Counted from the first letter of the stretch, positions 47,082 to 57,969 are shown. The stretch: 64,000 bases of DNA from Candidatus Omnitrophota bacterium (GCA_041650935.1 JBAZKH010000001.1:73243-137242), one strand, 5' to 3'. Numbers and translations: made by a program. Notes: a model not told the origin generated them from the sequence alone.

Positions 47082-49081
47082 TGGATCATTTCGCGGAAGT
47101 AGCGGTAGCCCTCCCAATAGACAGGACATTTCACTATTCCATACCACAAAAACTTTCGGCGGAAATAGCTGTCGGCAAAAGAGTTTTCGTTCCGTTTCAG
47201 TCGAGAGCCATAGTGGGCTATGTCGTCGGTATCAGTCGCGAGGCGGATGTGAAAGACGTGAAGCCGGTAATCTCCGTAATAGACAGGGCGCCCGTCTTAA
47301 GCGAGGAGATGCTTAAACTTACCAAATGGGTCAAGGAGAACTATTTCTGTTCCTGGGGCGAGGCTATAGCGGCTGTCATACCGGCAGGGATAAAGAAGGG
47401 GCAAGAGGCGATCGGCGCACGGCTTAAAGAGGCCGCTAAGACCCCCGGAGAGTTCCAGCCGTCCAAGCCGCATGACCTGATGGAGGAGCAGTCGCGGGCG
47501 CTCAAGACTGTCATAGAATCCGTAGATAAGCATGAACACAAAGTATTCCTCCTCCATGGCATAACCGCGAGCGGTAAGACCGAGGTATATCTGCAGGCGA
47601 TCGATCATGTTTTGAGGCAGGGCAAACAGGCGATAGTCCTTGTGCCGGAGATAGCCCTTACGCCGCAGACCGTCGAACGCTTCTCGTCGAGGTTTGGCGA
47701 GCACGTCGCGGTCATACATTCGCGCCTTACGGCTGCGCGGCGGTTTCTCGAATGGCGGAAGATAAAGGATGGGAGAGCGAATATAATTGTAGGTGCCCGC
47801 TCGGCTATCTTCGCGCCGGTCCAGCGCCTCGGCCTTATCATTATAGACGAGGAACACGAGACCTCGTATAAACAGGACGACGTTCCGCGTTACCATGCGC
47901 GCGATGTTGCCGAGGAGAGAGCAAGGCTCAACAGCTGTCCGCTGATACTGGGCAGCGCTACTCCGTCCCTGGAGTCATACTACAAGTCCAAACTGGGCGA
48001 GTACAAGATGATCAGGCTCACGAAGAGGGTCGATGAGCGGCTCCTGCCGAAAGTGAAGATCGTCGATATGCGGATGGAGCTGGCGACGCGGCGGAGGATA
48101 GAGGTATTTTCCAAGGTCCTGTTAGATGCGGTTGCGGATACATTGAAGCGCGGGAAACAGGCGATAATATTCCTGAACAGGCGCGGGTTTTCGACATTTA
48201 TAAATTGCAAGAGATGCGGGTTCGTCCTGAAATGCAAACGGTGCGACACCGTGCTTGTATACCATTTCGATACGAAAAAGCTTATCTGCCATTACTGTAA
48301 TTATGAGGCCAATCCTCCCGATATATGCCCGAAGTGCAGGTCCGACTATATAAAGTACCTGGGGCTGGGTACAGAGAAGGTGGAATCCGAAATGAGCCAT
48401 AGCTTTCCCGGCGCGCGGGTAGCGCGGATGGATTCTGATACGACGGTAAAACGCGGCTCGCATGACAGGATCCTTGGCGAATTCAAGACCGGAGCGGTTA
48501 ATCTGCTTGTCGGGACACAGATGATAGCGAAGGGCCTTGACTTCCCGGAGGTGACGCTTGTAGGGGTCGTCTCGGCGGACGTCAGTCTAAATATACCGGA
48601 CTTCCGGGCGAGCGAACGGACGTTTAACCTGCTGACACAGGTGGGCGGCCGGGCCGGCAGGGGCGACGCCGGGGGCGAGGTCATAATACAGACATACACG
48701 CCGCACCATTACGCGGTCCTCTCTGCGGCGAAACACGACTACGAAAAGTTTTACGAGGAGGAGATAGCCTCGCGTAAAGAGCTCTTCTTCCCGCCGTTCA
48801 TCAACTTGACGAAGGTTACCGTCCGTGCGCGGAACGATGAGTTGACCGCGAAAACCGCCGGGGAATTGGCGCAGGCGATTAGAACTGAGGATCCGTCGAT
48901 GCTCATGGCGGGCCCGTCGCCGGCGCCTATAGCCAGGATGCGCGGTTATTACCGCTACAATATAGTGTTAAAACATAAAGAGAGGCGCCAGTCCTGCGTG
49001 CTCCTAAAGAAGGTGCTCGGCTCTTTCAGGCGGCCGCACGGTGTCCTCATAGCCGTTGACGTCGACCCGGTGAGCATGTAA
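47078..49081 (+). CDS. priA: Primosomal protein N' (replication restart helicase)
   Basis: Walker A GITASGKTEVY, DEEHE box, and the Cys-rich zinc-binding region CKRCGFVLKCKRCD...CHYCNY...CPKC. Confidence 0.85.
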   Translation: MMDHFAEVAVALPIDRTFHYSIPQKLSAEIAVGKRVFVPFQSRAIVGYVVGISREADVKDVKPVISVIDRAPVLSEEMLKLTKWVKENYFCSWGEAIAAVIPAGIKKGQEAIGARLKEAAKTPGEFQPSKPHDLMEEQSRALKTVIESVDKHEHKVFLLHGITASGKTEVYLQAIDHVLRQGKQAIVLVPEIALTPQTVERFSSRFGEHVAVIHSRLTAARRFLEWRKIKDGRANIIVGARSAIFAPVQRLGLIIIDEEHETSYKQDDVPRYHARDVAEERARLNSCPLILGSATPSLESYYKSKLGEYKMIRLTKRVDERLLPKVKIVDMRMELATRRRIEVFSKVLLDAVADTLKRGKQAIIFLNRRGFSTFINCKRCGFVLKCKRCDTVLVYHFDTKKLICHYCNYEANPPDICPKCRSDYIKYLGLGTEKVESEMSHSFPGARVARMDSDTTVKRGSHDRILGEFKTGAVNLLVGTQMIAKGLDFPEVTLVGVVSADVSLNIPDFRASERTFNLLTQVGGRAGRGDAGGEVIIQTYTPHHYAVLSAAKHDYEKFYEEEIASRKELFFPPFINLTKVTVRARNDELTAKTAGELAQAIRTEDPSMLMAGPSPAPIARMRGYYRYNIVLKHKERRQSCVLLKKVLGSFRRPHGVLIAVDVDPVSM

Positions 49082-49103
49082 AATAAGGTAAAGTAAAATT
49101 TTG

Positions 49104-49126
49104 CCCGAGAGGAATCCCCTCTCGGG
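49104..49126 (+). other. Perfect 9-bp hairpin 23 nt after the priA stop
   Basis: CCCGAGAGG-aatc-CCTCTCGGG. Confidence 0.5.
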
Positions 49127-49181
49127 GTTGGCGTATCGCAGGGACGCTCAATTTTGGACCATGCCAAAATTTTCGCTCGGT

Positions 49182-49213
49182 AAAACTTGTGCGAACGCTG
49201 TCGCACAAGTTTT
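49182..49213 (+). other. Perfect 13-bp hairpin in a non-coding island
   Basis: AAAACTTGTGCGA-acgctg-TCGCACAAGTTTT. Confidence 0.5.
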
Positions 49214-49761
49214 AACGCCCTGCTCAACACCAACCCCTCGGGGGACCCCTCCAGCGAGAATGGCAAAAATTTTACTAGGGGAAGAGGAAAAGAAAAGTAA
49301 AACAATAAAACTTTATGATCGAAACGCCAACATTATTCATTTTAGGTGCAGGTGCAAGTGAACCATTTAAATACCCAACCAGTTGCCATCTAAGGGAAGA
49401 GATTAGAGGGGGGGCTGGGCAACGACATATCATTATTAATGCATTTAAACTATAATGAGTAGCGAGCAACTGATGTTTAAACGGTAGCTATATCTATTCC
49501 ACCCCGGGGTGGAATGGGAGCATAGTAGGGCGGGTGACGCGGCTTCTAGCCTTTTGTCGAATAGGGCGATTACGGGGTGGGGTTGGTGCTTTCGTCTTTG
49601 CCGTAGCATGATGACCGTTTAGGTTATATAGGTAGAGCTGATTAAATCAAGGATGCCGATATTAAAAGCCGCGCATGCACGCGGATAAAGCCCTATAGAA
49701 CAAAAGGCGAAGCCGTGGCAGGACCCGCCAGGGGTTAAGGTGGCCATTTAAGGAGTGGTAC

Positions 49762-50694
49762 ATGAAAGTCGTATTTTTCGGAACATCGGAGTTTGCGATA
49801 CCGGCGCTGAATGCGCTCATGGACTCGCCTTGCAAGGTCCTCGCCGTCGTGACACAGCCGGACAGGAAGCGCGGCAGGAACCTCAAGGTCTCCGCGCCGC
49901 CCGTGAAAGCCATGGCGATCGCCCATGATATTCCGGTCTACCAGCCGCAGGACGCCTCCGACGCGGCGGCCGCGGCGTATCTGAAATCGCTTAATGCCGA
50001 CTTGTTCGTGGTCATATCGTTCGGCCAGATACTGAAAGAGAATATCCTCACTATCCCTAAATTGTATTCGATCAATCTCCACGGTTCACTCCTGCCCGCC
50101 TATCGCGGTGCGGCGCCGACGAATTGGGCGATAATAAACGGCGAAAGGGTGAGCGGTGTTACCGTCATAAAGATGAACGAAAAGATGGACGAGGGCGACA
50201 TAATTTTAAGACATGAGACGGCCATATATCCGGAAGATACTAACATTACCCTGACCGAAAGGCTCGCGGATCTGGGCGCGCGCTCACTTGGCGCGGCGAT
50301 CGCCTTAATCGAAAATGGCGGCGCCGTTTTCGCGAAACAGGATAGCGCTAAAGCGACATATGCGCCGAAACTGAAAAAAACGGACGGCCTTATAGACTGG
50401 AATATGAAGGCCTGCGAGATCCACGCCAGGGTACGCGGCCTTCTGCCGTGGCCGGGCGCATATAGCCGTTATGGCGGCAGGATACTTAAGGTCCTGAAGA
50501 CCGAAATTGCCGGTTCCACCGGCGCGGAGTGCGCCAGGGGCGAGGTTGTAAATATAATCAAAGGTAAGGGGATCGTAGTCCGCACGGGCGCGGGCGACCT
50601 TATCGTACAATACCTCCAGCTTGAGGGGAAAAAAGTGCTCGATGCCGATTCTTTTGTGCGCGGGCACAAGATCGAGCGAGGATATCGCTTTTAA
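49762..50694 (+). CDS. fmt: Methionyl-tRNA formyltransferase
   Basis: MKVVFFGTSEFAIPAL...VVTQPDRKRGR; SLLPAYRGAAP. Confidence 0.9.
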   Translation: MKVVFFGTSEFAIPALNALMDSPCKVLAVVTQPDRKRGRNLKVSAPPVKAMAIAHDIPVYQPQDASDAAAAAYLKSLNADLFVVISFGQILKENILTIPKLYSINLHGSLLPAYRGAAPTNWAIINGERVSGVTVIKMNEKMDEGDIILRHETAIYPEDTNITLTERLADLGARSLGAAIALIENGGAVFAKQDSAKATYAPKLKKTDGLIDWNMKACEIHARVRGLLPWPGAYSRYGGRILKVLKTEIAGSTGAECARGEVVNIIKGKGIVVRTGAGDLIVQYLQLEGKKVLDADSFVRGHKIERGYRF

Positions 50695-50724
50695 TAATAT
50701 GCCTTACATGTTATAATTTTCATC

Positions 50725-52032
50725 ATGGCGAAAAAAGTAGCACCGAAAGAACTTATCCAACAGGATTTCCATAACCTGAAGACTCAGGAGAGGCTCTATA
50801 CCATTCCGAGAGTGGAGGATCTTGTCTTCATGCAGTCGATCGAAGGCAGGGCCCATAACGGCGCGGGTATCTTCAATAAGCACACCTATGTCAATACGAC
50901 CATGGAGGATATCGTCGGTGCGCTGGGCCGTTCCGCCAAGGTGGTAAAGGCCAAGCGCCAGGAGCTGATCGATGAGATAGTGGAGTATGTCGACAGCGTC
51001 TTTGCCGATGATCCGCGCGAGAGGCTTGTGACGCGGAACGGCCGTCCGCTTCTTGGGATCCCGCAGTTCAAAGAGAGGACGGTAAACTACCACGATATCT
51101 TAAAAGGGCTGTATCTCGGCGGGCTGAGGGACGATCCCGATATAAGGAAGAAGACGCAGGGGCTCTACAGCATAAATATAGGTTACGGCAAATGCTACAT
51201 GGTAAACACCAAGATAATGGAGGAGATGGCCCTCGACGGAGAGCAGTTGGCGCACCAGGAGAATGAGGACAGGATAAATTATTTCAAGTCCTGCGGGCTT
51301 ATAGTCGACGATGTAAAACCGAAACACAGCGCTTCGAAATATATAAAGTGGTTGTATATCCGCCATCACGTAGGCCCCGGCCAATCCGACGACGGCGCCA
51401 TCGTCGCAAGCGGCCTGATCTACAGCGTAGACGTTGCGCTCGGAGTCTTCCTATCGGACGCCATCGATACGCTCGAAAAGTACGTGAGCATCTACCGCGA
51501 CCAGGATAAGGAGCTCGCCCTCTATATTAAAGAGAAGTATCCGTTCCTCGATCTCGATGAGAAAGACGCCTATGAATTGGCATATCTGGCCGCCATACCG
51601 GGCGAGCGGGTGGATGAAATACCGGACAGCTCCTTAAGGTATCTGCTTGCCATAGACCAGGAGACCGGGCAATCTACCTTAGAGACGCACCTCAACTTTA
51701 TAGAGGGAAAGCCGTTTGCGCCGATCGCTATAAGTTATAAAAGGATAGCCATATCGCAGCTATACGATTTTATCAGGGAGAAGCTGAAGAGTATCAATAA
51801 AGAAGTTTTATTCAAGATACCCGAAGCCATAGTGAAAGAACTCGACTCCTCCGTTGCCAAAGTCATGCAAAGGAGATTTATAACGGTGAGCCCGCAGACG
51901 TCGTTGAAATCCGCGCTCGAAAAGGTTGAGGCGAGGAAAGGCGAACTGATAATAGTTAAGGATGAAAACGGAAATATTCTCGGCGTCGTAAACCCGAGCG
52001 ATTTTTTGGTATTCTTAAAAGGACGGAGCTAA
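50725..52032 (+). CDS. Hypothetical protein with C-terminal CBS-like domain
   Basis: 435 aa with no catalytic motifs recognised. The C-terminal FITVSPQTSLKSALEKV...IIVKDENGNILGVVNPSDFL looks like a single CBS module. Confidence 0.45.
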   Translation: MAKKVAPKELIQQDFHNLKTQERLYTIPRVEDLVFMQSIEGRAHNGAGIFNKHTYVNTTMEDIVGALGRSAKVVKAKRQELIDEIVEYVDSVFADDPRERLVTRNGRPLLGIPQFKERTVNYHDILKGLYLGGLRDDPDIRKKTQGLYSINIGYGKCYMVNTKIMEEMALDGEQLAHQENEDRINYFKSCGLIVDDVKPKHSASKYIKWLYIRHHVGPGQSDDGAIVASGLIYSVDVALGVFLSDAIDTLEKYVSIYRDQDKELALYIKEKYPFLDLDEKDAYELAYLAAIPGERVDEIPDSSLRYLLAIDQETGQSTLETHLNFIEGKPFAPIAISYKRIAISQLYDFIREKLKSINKEVLFKIPEAIVKELDSSVAKVMQRRFITVSPQTSLKSALEKVEARKGELIIVKDENGNILGVVNPSDFLVFLKGRS

Positions 52033-52039
52033 ATTCGAA

Positions 52040-52165
52040 ATTCTAAATCCGAAATACGAAACAAGTTCTAATTTTCCAAATCCTAATGCTCCAAACTTAT
52101 TTATTTTTGAATTTTGAATATTCTGATTTTGGATTTGTTTCGAATTTCAATATTCGGATTTAGGA
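52040..52165. repeat. AT-rich inverted-repeat element, second member of the same family
   Basis: TAAATCCGAAATACGAAACAA ... TTGTTTCGAATTTCAATATTCGGATTTA with ~60 nt between the arms. It shares AAATCCGAA, CGAAACAA and TTTC(A/G)ATATTCG with the 34.7-kb element. Confidence 0.45.
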
Positions 52166-52193
52166 GTTAAAGTCAATAATATATGAGAAAAAT

Positions 52194-53231
52194 ATGCCTG
52201 AGCTAAGACGCGATCCTGTAATCGGAAGATGGGTCATAATATCTACGGAGAGGGCGCGGAGGCCGGACCAGTTTGTTTCGGCGGCCGCCGAAAAAGAAGA
52301 GTTCCCGGCGGGCGGGAAGTGCCCGTTCTGTGAAGGCAATGAGGGTCTTACCGCTCCCGAGATCACCGCTGTCAGGCATCACGGCAGCCGGCCGAATAGT
52401 CCGGGATGGGAAATCCGCGTGATCCCCAGCATATCGCCGCTTTTGCAGATCGAAGGTTCTTTGGACCGCCATGGCCACGGTATGTATGATCTCATGAATG
52501 CCCGCGGCGCGCATGAGATAGTCATAGAATCGCCCCGGCATCTCAAGGAGTCCGAACTTCCGAAAGAGCAGATGGTCAAAGCCGTCAATGTTATCCTCGA
52601 CAGGATACACGACCTCGAGAAAGACAGGGACATAAAATATGTGCTGATCTTTAAAAATTGCGGCAAAGCCGCGGGCAGCGGCCGCATACAGCACGCAAGG
52701 ACGCAGATCATCGGGACACCCGTCAACCTGAAAAGGGTCAAGGAAGAGCTTGCGGGCGCAAAGGCGTATTATGATTACAAAGACAGGTGCATATTTTGCG
52801 ATATGCTTAAGCAGGAGATGCAGTCCGGCAAGCGCGTGATAGCGGAATCCAAACATTTTGTGGCGCTGGCCGCTTTCGCGTCGCGTTTTCCTTTCGAGAC
52901 CTGGATAATGCCTAAAGAGCATTCCTGCGATTTCTATAAGATCGATAGGACCAGGATACCGGACTTTGCCGAGATCATGGCGACGATATTTGCGAAGATG
53001 CGCAAGGTCCTGGGCGATTTCCCGTTCAATTTTGTACTGCATACGGCTCCTTTCAGGAGAGATTTAGGAAAACGCGGGTATTGGGAGACGATAGAATGCG
53101 ATTATCACTGGCACTTCGAGATACTCCCGATACTTACCCGCGTCGCCGGGTTCGAATGGGGCAGCGGGTTCTACATAAACCCGCTCTTACCGGAGGATGC
53201 GTGTAATTCCGTGAGAGAGGCAAAGATTTAA
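52194..53231 (+). CDS. Galactose-1-phosphate uridylyltransferase-like protein (HIT superfamily), active-site variant
   Basis: GalT zinc knuckle CPFCEGNE is present. The HPH nucleophile motif is replaced by HARTQ. Confidence 0.7.
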   Translation: MPELRRDPVIGRWVIISTERARRPDQFVSAAAEKEEFPAGGKCPFCEGNEGLTAPEITAVRHHGSRPNSPGWEIRVIPSISPLLQIEGSLDRHGHGMYDLMNARGAHEIVIESPRHLKESELPKEQMVKAVNVILDRIHDLEKDRDIKYVLIFKNCGKAAGSGRIQHARTQIIGTPVNLKRVKEELAGAKAYYDYKDRCIFCDMLKQEMQSGKRVIAESKHFVALAAFASRFPFETWIMPKEHSCDFYKIDRTRIPDFAEIMATIFAKMRKVLGDFPFNFVLHTAPFRRDLGKRGYWETIECDYHWHFEILPILTRVAGFEWGSGFYINPLLPEDACNSVREAKI

Positions 53232-53233
53232 TT

Positions 53234-54238
53234 ATGAACGAGCTTAGGCGCGATCCGATAACCGCAAGGTGGATCATCGTTCCGCTGGATAAGTCGGCGG
53301 ACGTCTCCGACTTTATTTCGGAACCGCACCTGAAGACTAAGGACTCCTGCCCGTTCTGCTACGGCGGCGAGACGATGACGCCGCCGGAGATAGTCGCGCA
53401 CCGGAAAAGCGGCAGTCCCAATACCCCGAATTGGACCGTGCGGGTTGTGCCGAACAAATTCCCCGCCCTTCGCATAGAGGGAGAGCTCGAGAGGCAGGGT
53501 GTCGGTATGTTCGATATGATGAACGGCGTCGGGGCGCATGAAGTCATAGTAGATACGCCGGATCACTTCAGGGATATGGCGGACTTGAGCCATGCGGAGA
53601 CCGAAGAGGTCATCTGGGCTTACAGGGCCAGGTCGCTCGACCTGAGGCGGGATAGCCGCTTCAAGTATATCCTTATATTCAAGAACTACGGACGCTCGGC
53701 CGGCGCATCTTTGGAGCATCCGCACAGCCAGCTCATAGCGCTGCCCATCGTTCCCAAGAGGGTCCACGAAGAGATGGAAGGCGCCGCAAAGTACTACGAT
53801 TATAAGGAGAGATGCGTATTCTGCGATATAGTGCGGGAAGAACTGGAAGAGACGGACAGGATAATATATAATGATGAAAAGTTCGTGGCCTTCTGTCCTT
53901 ATGTTTCGCGTTTTGCCTACGAGATATGGATATTGCCGAAAAAGCACGCGTCCGATTTTGCCAATATCGACAGGGACCATGTTTCGTCGTTTGCGCGGGC
54001 ACTCCGGGATTCCCTGGCAAAATTAAAAGGACTCTTGAAAGATCCGTCATATAATTTTATAATACATACGTCGCCGATCAATGGCCATGAGCGCGAGGAT
54101 TACCACTGGCACGTAGAGATAATGCCGAAGCTTTCGAAGGTGGCCGGCTTCGAATGGGGAAGCGGTTTTTACGTCAATCCGGTTTTACCCGACATCGCGG
54201 CGCGGAATTTGTTTGGTGTAAAAGTTCCGGAGAAATAA
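53234..54238 (+). CDS. galT: Galactose-1-phosphate uridylyltransferase
   Basis: CPFCYGGE and canonical EHPHSQLIALP. Confidence 0.75.
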   Translation: MNELRRDPITARWIIVPLDKSADVSDFISEPHLKTKDSCPFCYGGETMTPPEIVAHRKSGSPNTPNWTVRVVPNKFPALRIEGELERQGVGMFDMMNGVGAHEVIVDTPDHFRDMADLSHAETEEVIWAYRARSLDLRRDSRFKYILIFKNYGRSAGASLEHPHSQLIALPIVPKRVHEEMEGAAKYYDYKERCVFCDIVREELEETDRIIYNDEKFVAFCPYVSRFAYEIWILPKKHASDFANIDRDHVSSFARALRDSLAKLKGLLKDPSYNFIIHTSPINGHEREDYHWHVEIMPKLSKVAGFEWGSGFYVNPVLPDIAARNLFGVKVPEK

Positions 54239-54373
54239 AACAAAGGCCGAAAGATGGCTTGGACCTTAGGGTGAGGTTTTCAATATGTATCTTTCGGCAT
54301 TAAATTCGCCCCTGCATGAAGTGAGGCGAGCGACTTATGTCGCTATCGCTCCATAAGTCGTGGGCTCATTTAA

Positions 54374-55444
<1,071 letters not shown>

Positions 55445-55470
55445 ATTTTTTTGTCACAGAAGGAACCGGC

Positions 55471-55510
55471 AAAAGCCGCTCTCCGAAAAGGATGGCGGCT
55501 TTTGTTTTCT
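55471..55510 (+). terminator. Rho-independent terminator after gap
   Basis: AAAAGCCGC-[tctccgaaaaggatg]-GCGGCTTTT followed by GTTTTCTT. Confidence 0.6.
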
Positions 55511-55525
55511 TGGGAAAATAGATGG

Positions 55526-55553
55526 TTGTAGTAATGCGGGGTAATGATATAAT
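55526..55553 (+). promoter_or_regulatory. Putative promoter (TTGTAG-16-TATAAT) for the azoreductase-like gene
   Basis: TATAAT at 55548-55553 with a weak -35, 22 nt upstream of the RBS. Confidence 0.35.
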
Positions 55554-55575
55554 ATATGCGCTAAAGGAGGGTGTC

Positions 55576-56148
55576 ATGAATAAACTATTGCATATAATAG
55601 CCGCTCCTAGAGGAGCGGATTCAAGGACCCTTAAAGTAAGTCATGCCTTTTTAGATAGTTTTATCAAGAAATACCCATCCTGCCATATAGAGGGACTCGA
55701 GCTCTTCAAAGAGACGCTGCCGCCGCTTACACTGGAAGTTATCTCCGGGAAGTATGTATTGCTGGGCGGCAGATCGCTAGACGAAAAACTCCAGAATGCC
55801 TGGAAAGATGTAGAGCGCTATATAAATCAATTTCTTTCCGCGGATTTAATACTTATAAGCACGCCCATGTGGAACTTCAGTATCCCTTATTTTTTAAAAC
55901 AATATATAGATATAATAGTCCAGCCGAAGTATCTCTTCCGGTATACGGATAAAGGTACAGTGGGTCTGGCTGCGGACAAAAAGATGGTTGTGGTCACGAG
56001 CCGCGGCGGCGACTACACTCCGGGCAGTCCATCGGCGGCGTACGATTATCAGGAGCCGTACCTGCGCGCGATATTTGGGTTGTGCGGTATAAAAGGGATT
56101 ATTTTTGTGAATGCCCAGCCCGTGGACATGGGTAATGCGCTGCAGTAA
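55576..56148 (+). CDS. FMN-dependent NAD(P)H azoreductase / flavodoxin-like fold oxidoreductase
   Basis: RBS AGGAGGG then ATG gives MNKLLHIIAAPRGADSRT (AzoR/AcpD-like). ~190 aa. Confidence 0.6.
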   Translation: MNKLLHIIAAPRGADSRTLKVSHAFLDSFIKKYPSCHIEGLELFKETLPPLTLEVISGKYVLLGGRSLDEKLQNAWKDVERYINQFLSADLILISTPMWNFSIPYFLKQYIDIIVQPKYLFRYTDKGTVGLAADKKMVVVTSRGGDYTPGSPSAAYDYQEPYLRAIFGLCGIKGIIFVNAQPVDMGNALQ

Positions 56149-56212
56149 AAGGCGCTGGAAGAAGCGAAAGCGTCCGCGAAGAAAGCGGCGGAGCTGCTAT
56201 AGAAGGTACGAT

Positions 56213-57955
56213 ATGGACGATCTGAAACTATCCCTTAACAGTATGGAGGTGTTGAAGAAGAGATATCTCCTTAAAGATGACAATCAAAATATCGTCGAAA
56301 CGCCGGATGAGCTCTTCCGCCGGGTCGCCGGCAATATCGCGAAAGGCGAAAAGAATTTTAAGAGGGGCAACGACGCAGCCGGGGTGGAGGAGAGTTTTTA
56401 CGGGATGATGAAGGACCTGGAGTTCATGCCGAACTCGCCGACGCTCATGAACGCGGGGACATCCCTGGGGCAGTTGTCGGCTTGTTTCGTCCTGCCTGTC
56501 GGGGATTCAATAGGCGATATCTTCACATCGCTCGGCAATATGGCGAAGATCCACCAGACGGGCGGCGGCACGGGTTTCGACTTCTCGCATTTAAGACCAA
56601 AGGACGATCTGGTGTCGACGACGAAAGGCGGCGCTTCCGGCCCGGTCTCGTTCATGCGCATATTCGATACGGCTACCGGGGTGATTCTGCAGGGCGGCCG
56701 AAGGCGCGGCGCCAACATGGGGATTTTGCGATGCGACCATCCGGATATAATCGAGTTTATAGAAGCGAAGCTCGATAAGGGCGCATTTTCGAATTTCAAT
56801 CTCTCCGTAGGCATAACCGGCAAATTCATGAGGGCCGTCAGGACAGGAGACGACTTCGACCTGATAAATCCGCGGACGAAGAGAAAGGCGCGGAAGATAA
56901 GCGCGAGAGTGGTATTTAATCTCATAGCGCTCGCCGCCTGGCGCACGGGAGATCCCGGCCTAATCTTTTTAGACGCCATAAACGCGAAGAATCCTACGCC
57001 CGGCATTGGTGCCATAGAAGCGACTAATCCTTGCGGCGAACTGCCGCTTCTTCCGTATGAGAGCTGCAACCTGGCCTCAATAAATCTTTCAAAGATGGTG
57101 AGGGGTGGAAACGTCGATTGGAAAAAAATACGCTCTTGCGTGAGGCTGGGGATCAGGTTTTTAGATGACGTAATAGAGGTGAATAAGTTTCCTCTTACGC
57201 AGATAAGGAATATAACGTTTGATAATAGAAAGATAGGGCTTGGCGTTATGGGATTTGCCGATATGCTGATAAAGCTGGGGATACCGTATAATTCCGCCAA
57301 GGCCGTCTCGTTTGCCGGCGGCCTTATGAGGTTTGTACGCGCGGCATCGGTCGCGGCATCGGTAGATCTTGCCAGAGAAAGAGGCGTATTCCCTAATTAC
57401 AAAAGATCGATCTATGCGAAGAGGGGCCTGCGGCTCAGGAACGCTACGGTCAATACCATAGCCCCGACGGGAACCGTCAGTATAATAGCGGAATGTTCCA
57501 GCGGAATAGAGCCTATATTTGCCATCAGTTTTATCCGCAATATCCTGTCCGGCGCGAAACTGTTCGAGACCAACCCGATATTTAAAGAGATGGCTAAGGG
57601 CGGCTTGCGCAAAACAAAAGAGGTGCCCGCGGCTTTTAAGAAGATATTCATAACCGCGTTCGACGTGGCGCCGGAAACGCATCTGCATATTCAGGACGCG
57701 TTTCAAAAACATACGGACAATTCGGTTTCAAAGACGATAAACCTGCCGCAGGGCGCTACCGTTGAAGACGTAAAGAACATATACCTTACGGCTTACAAAT
57801 TGCGCTTGAAAGGCATAACTGTATACCGTTACGGCAGTAAAGAGGGGCAGGTCCTTTCTTTTAATTATGGCGCAAGGCATAAACTTGCGGCCGGGTCGGT
57901 AGTTGCCGGATCCGAATATTCGGGCGGATGCGTTGCCGGAATATGCCCGTTTTAA
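56213..57955 (+). CDS. nrdJ: Adenosylcobalamin-dependent (class II) ribonucleotide reductase
   Basis: MDDLKLSLNSMEVLKKRY start; active-site ATNPCGELPL; SCNLASINL. Monomeric class II architecture. The ORF-track extension from 56111 is an Arg-rich artefact. Confidence 0.75.
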   Translation: MDDLKLSLNSMEVLKKRYLLKDDNQNIVETPDELFRRVAGNIAKGEKNFKRGNDAAGVEESFYGMMKDLEFMPNSPTLMNAGTSLGQLSACFVLPVGDSIGDIFTSLGNMAKIHQTGGGTGFDFSHLRPKDDLVSTTKGGASGPVSFMRIFDTATGVILQGGRRRGANMGILRCDHPDIIEFIEAKLDKGAFSNFNLSVGITGKFMRAVRTGDDFDLINPRTKRKARKISARVVFNLIALAAWRTGDPGLIFLDAINAKNPTPGIGAIEATNPCGELPLLPYESCNLASINLSKMVRGGNVDWKKIRSCVRLGIRFLDDVIEVNKFPLTQIRNITFDNRKIGLGVMGFADMLIKLGIPYNSAKAVSFAGGLMRFVRAASVAASVDLARERGVFPNYKRSIYAKRGLRLRNATVNTIAPTGTVSIIAECSSGIEPIFAISFIRNILSGAKLFETNPIFKEMAKGGLRKTKEVPAAFKKIFITAFDVAPETHLHIQDAFQKHTDNSVSKTINLPQGATVEDVKNIYLTAYKLRLKGITVYRYGSKEGQVLSFNYGARHKLAAGSVVAGSEYSGGCVAGICPF

Positions 57956-57969
57956 AAAACGGCCGGAAA

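Noticed and set aside
49101-49361. 86-aa + ORF in the priA-fmt spacer
   Set aside because: It spans the two perfect hairpins and a low-complexity T/P-rich stretch, has no RBS, and the same region is better explained as structured non-coding DNA.
49404-49740. Possible tmRNA (GGGGCUG start) or RNase P RNA
   Set aside because: There is no T-arm (GGTTCGAnTCC), no acceptor-complement CAGCCCC-ACCA at any 3' position, no plausible tag peptide ending in LAA-like residues, and no GGAAAGUCCGG P4 motif. It is retained only as an unexplained non-coding island in the findings.
56149-56212. Cobalamin riboswitch upstream of nrdJ
   Set aside because: The spacer between the azoR-like stop and the nrdJ start is only 64 nt, far too short for a B12 riboswitch (~200 nt), and no B12-box (AGYCMGGAAGRCCTGCC-like) is present.
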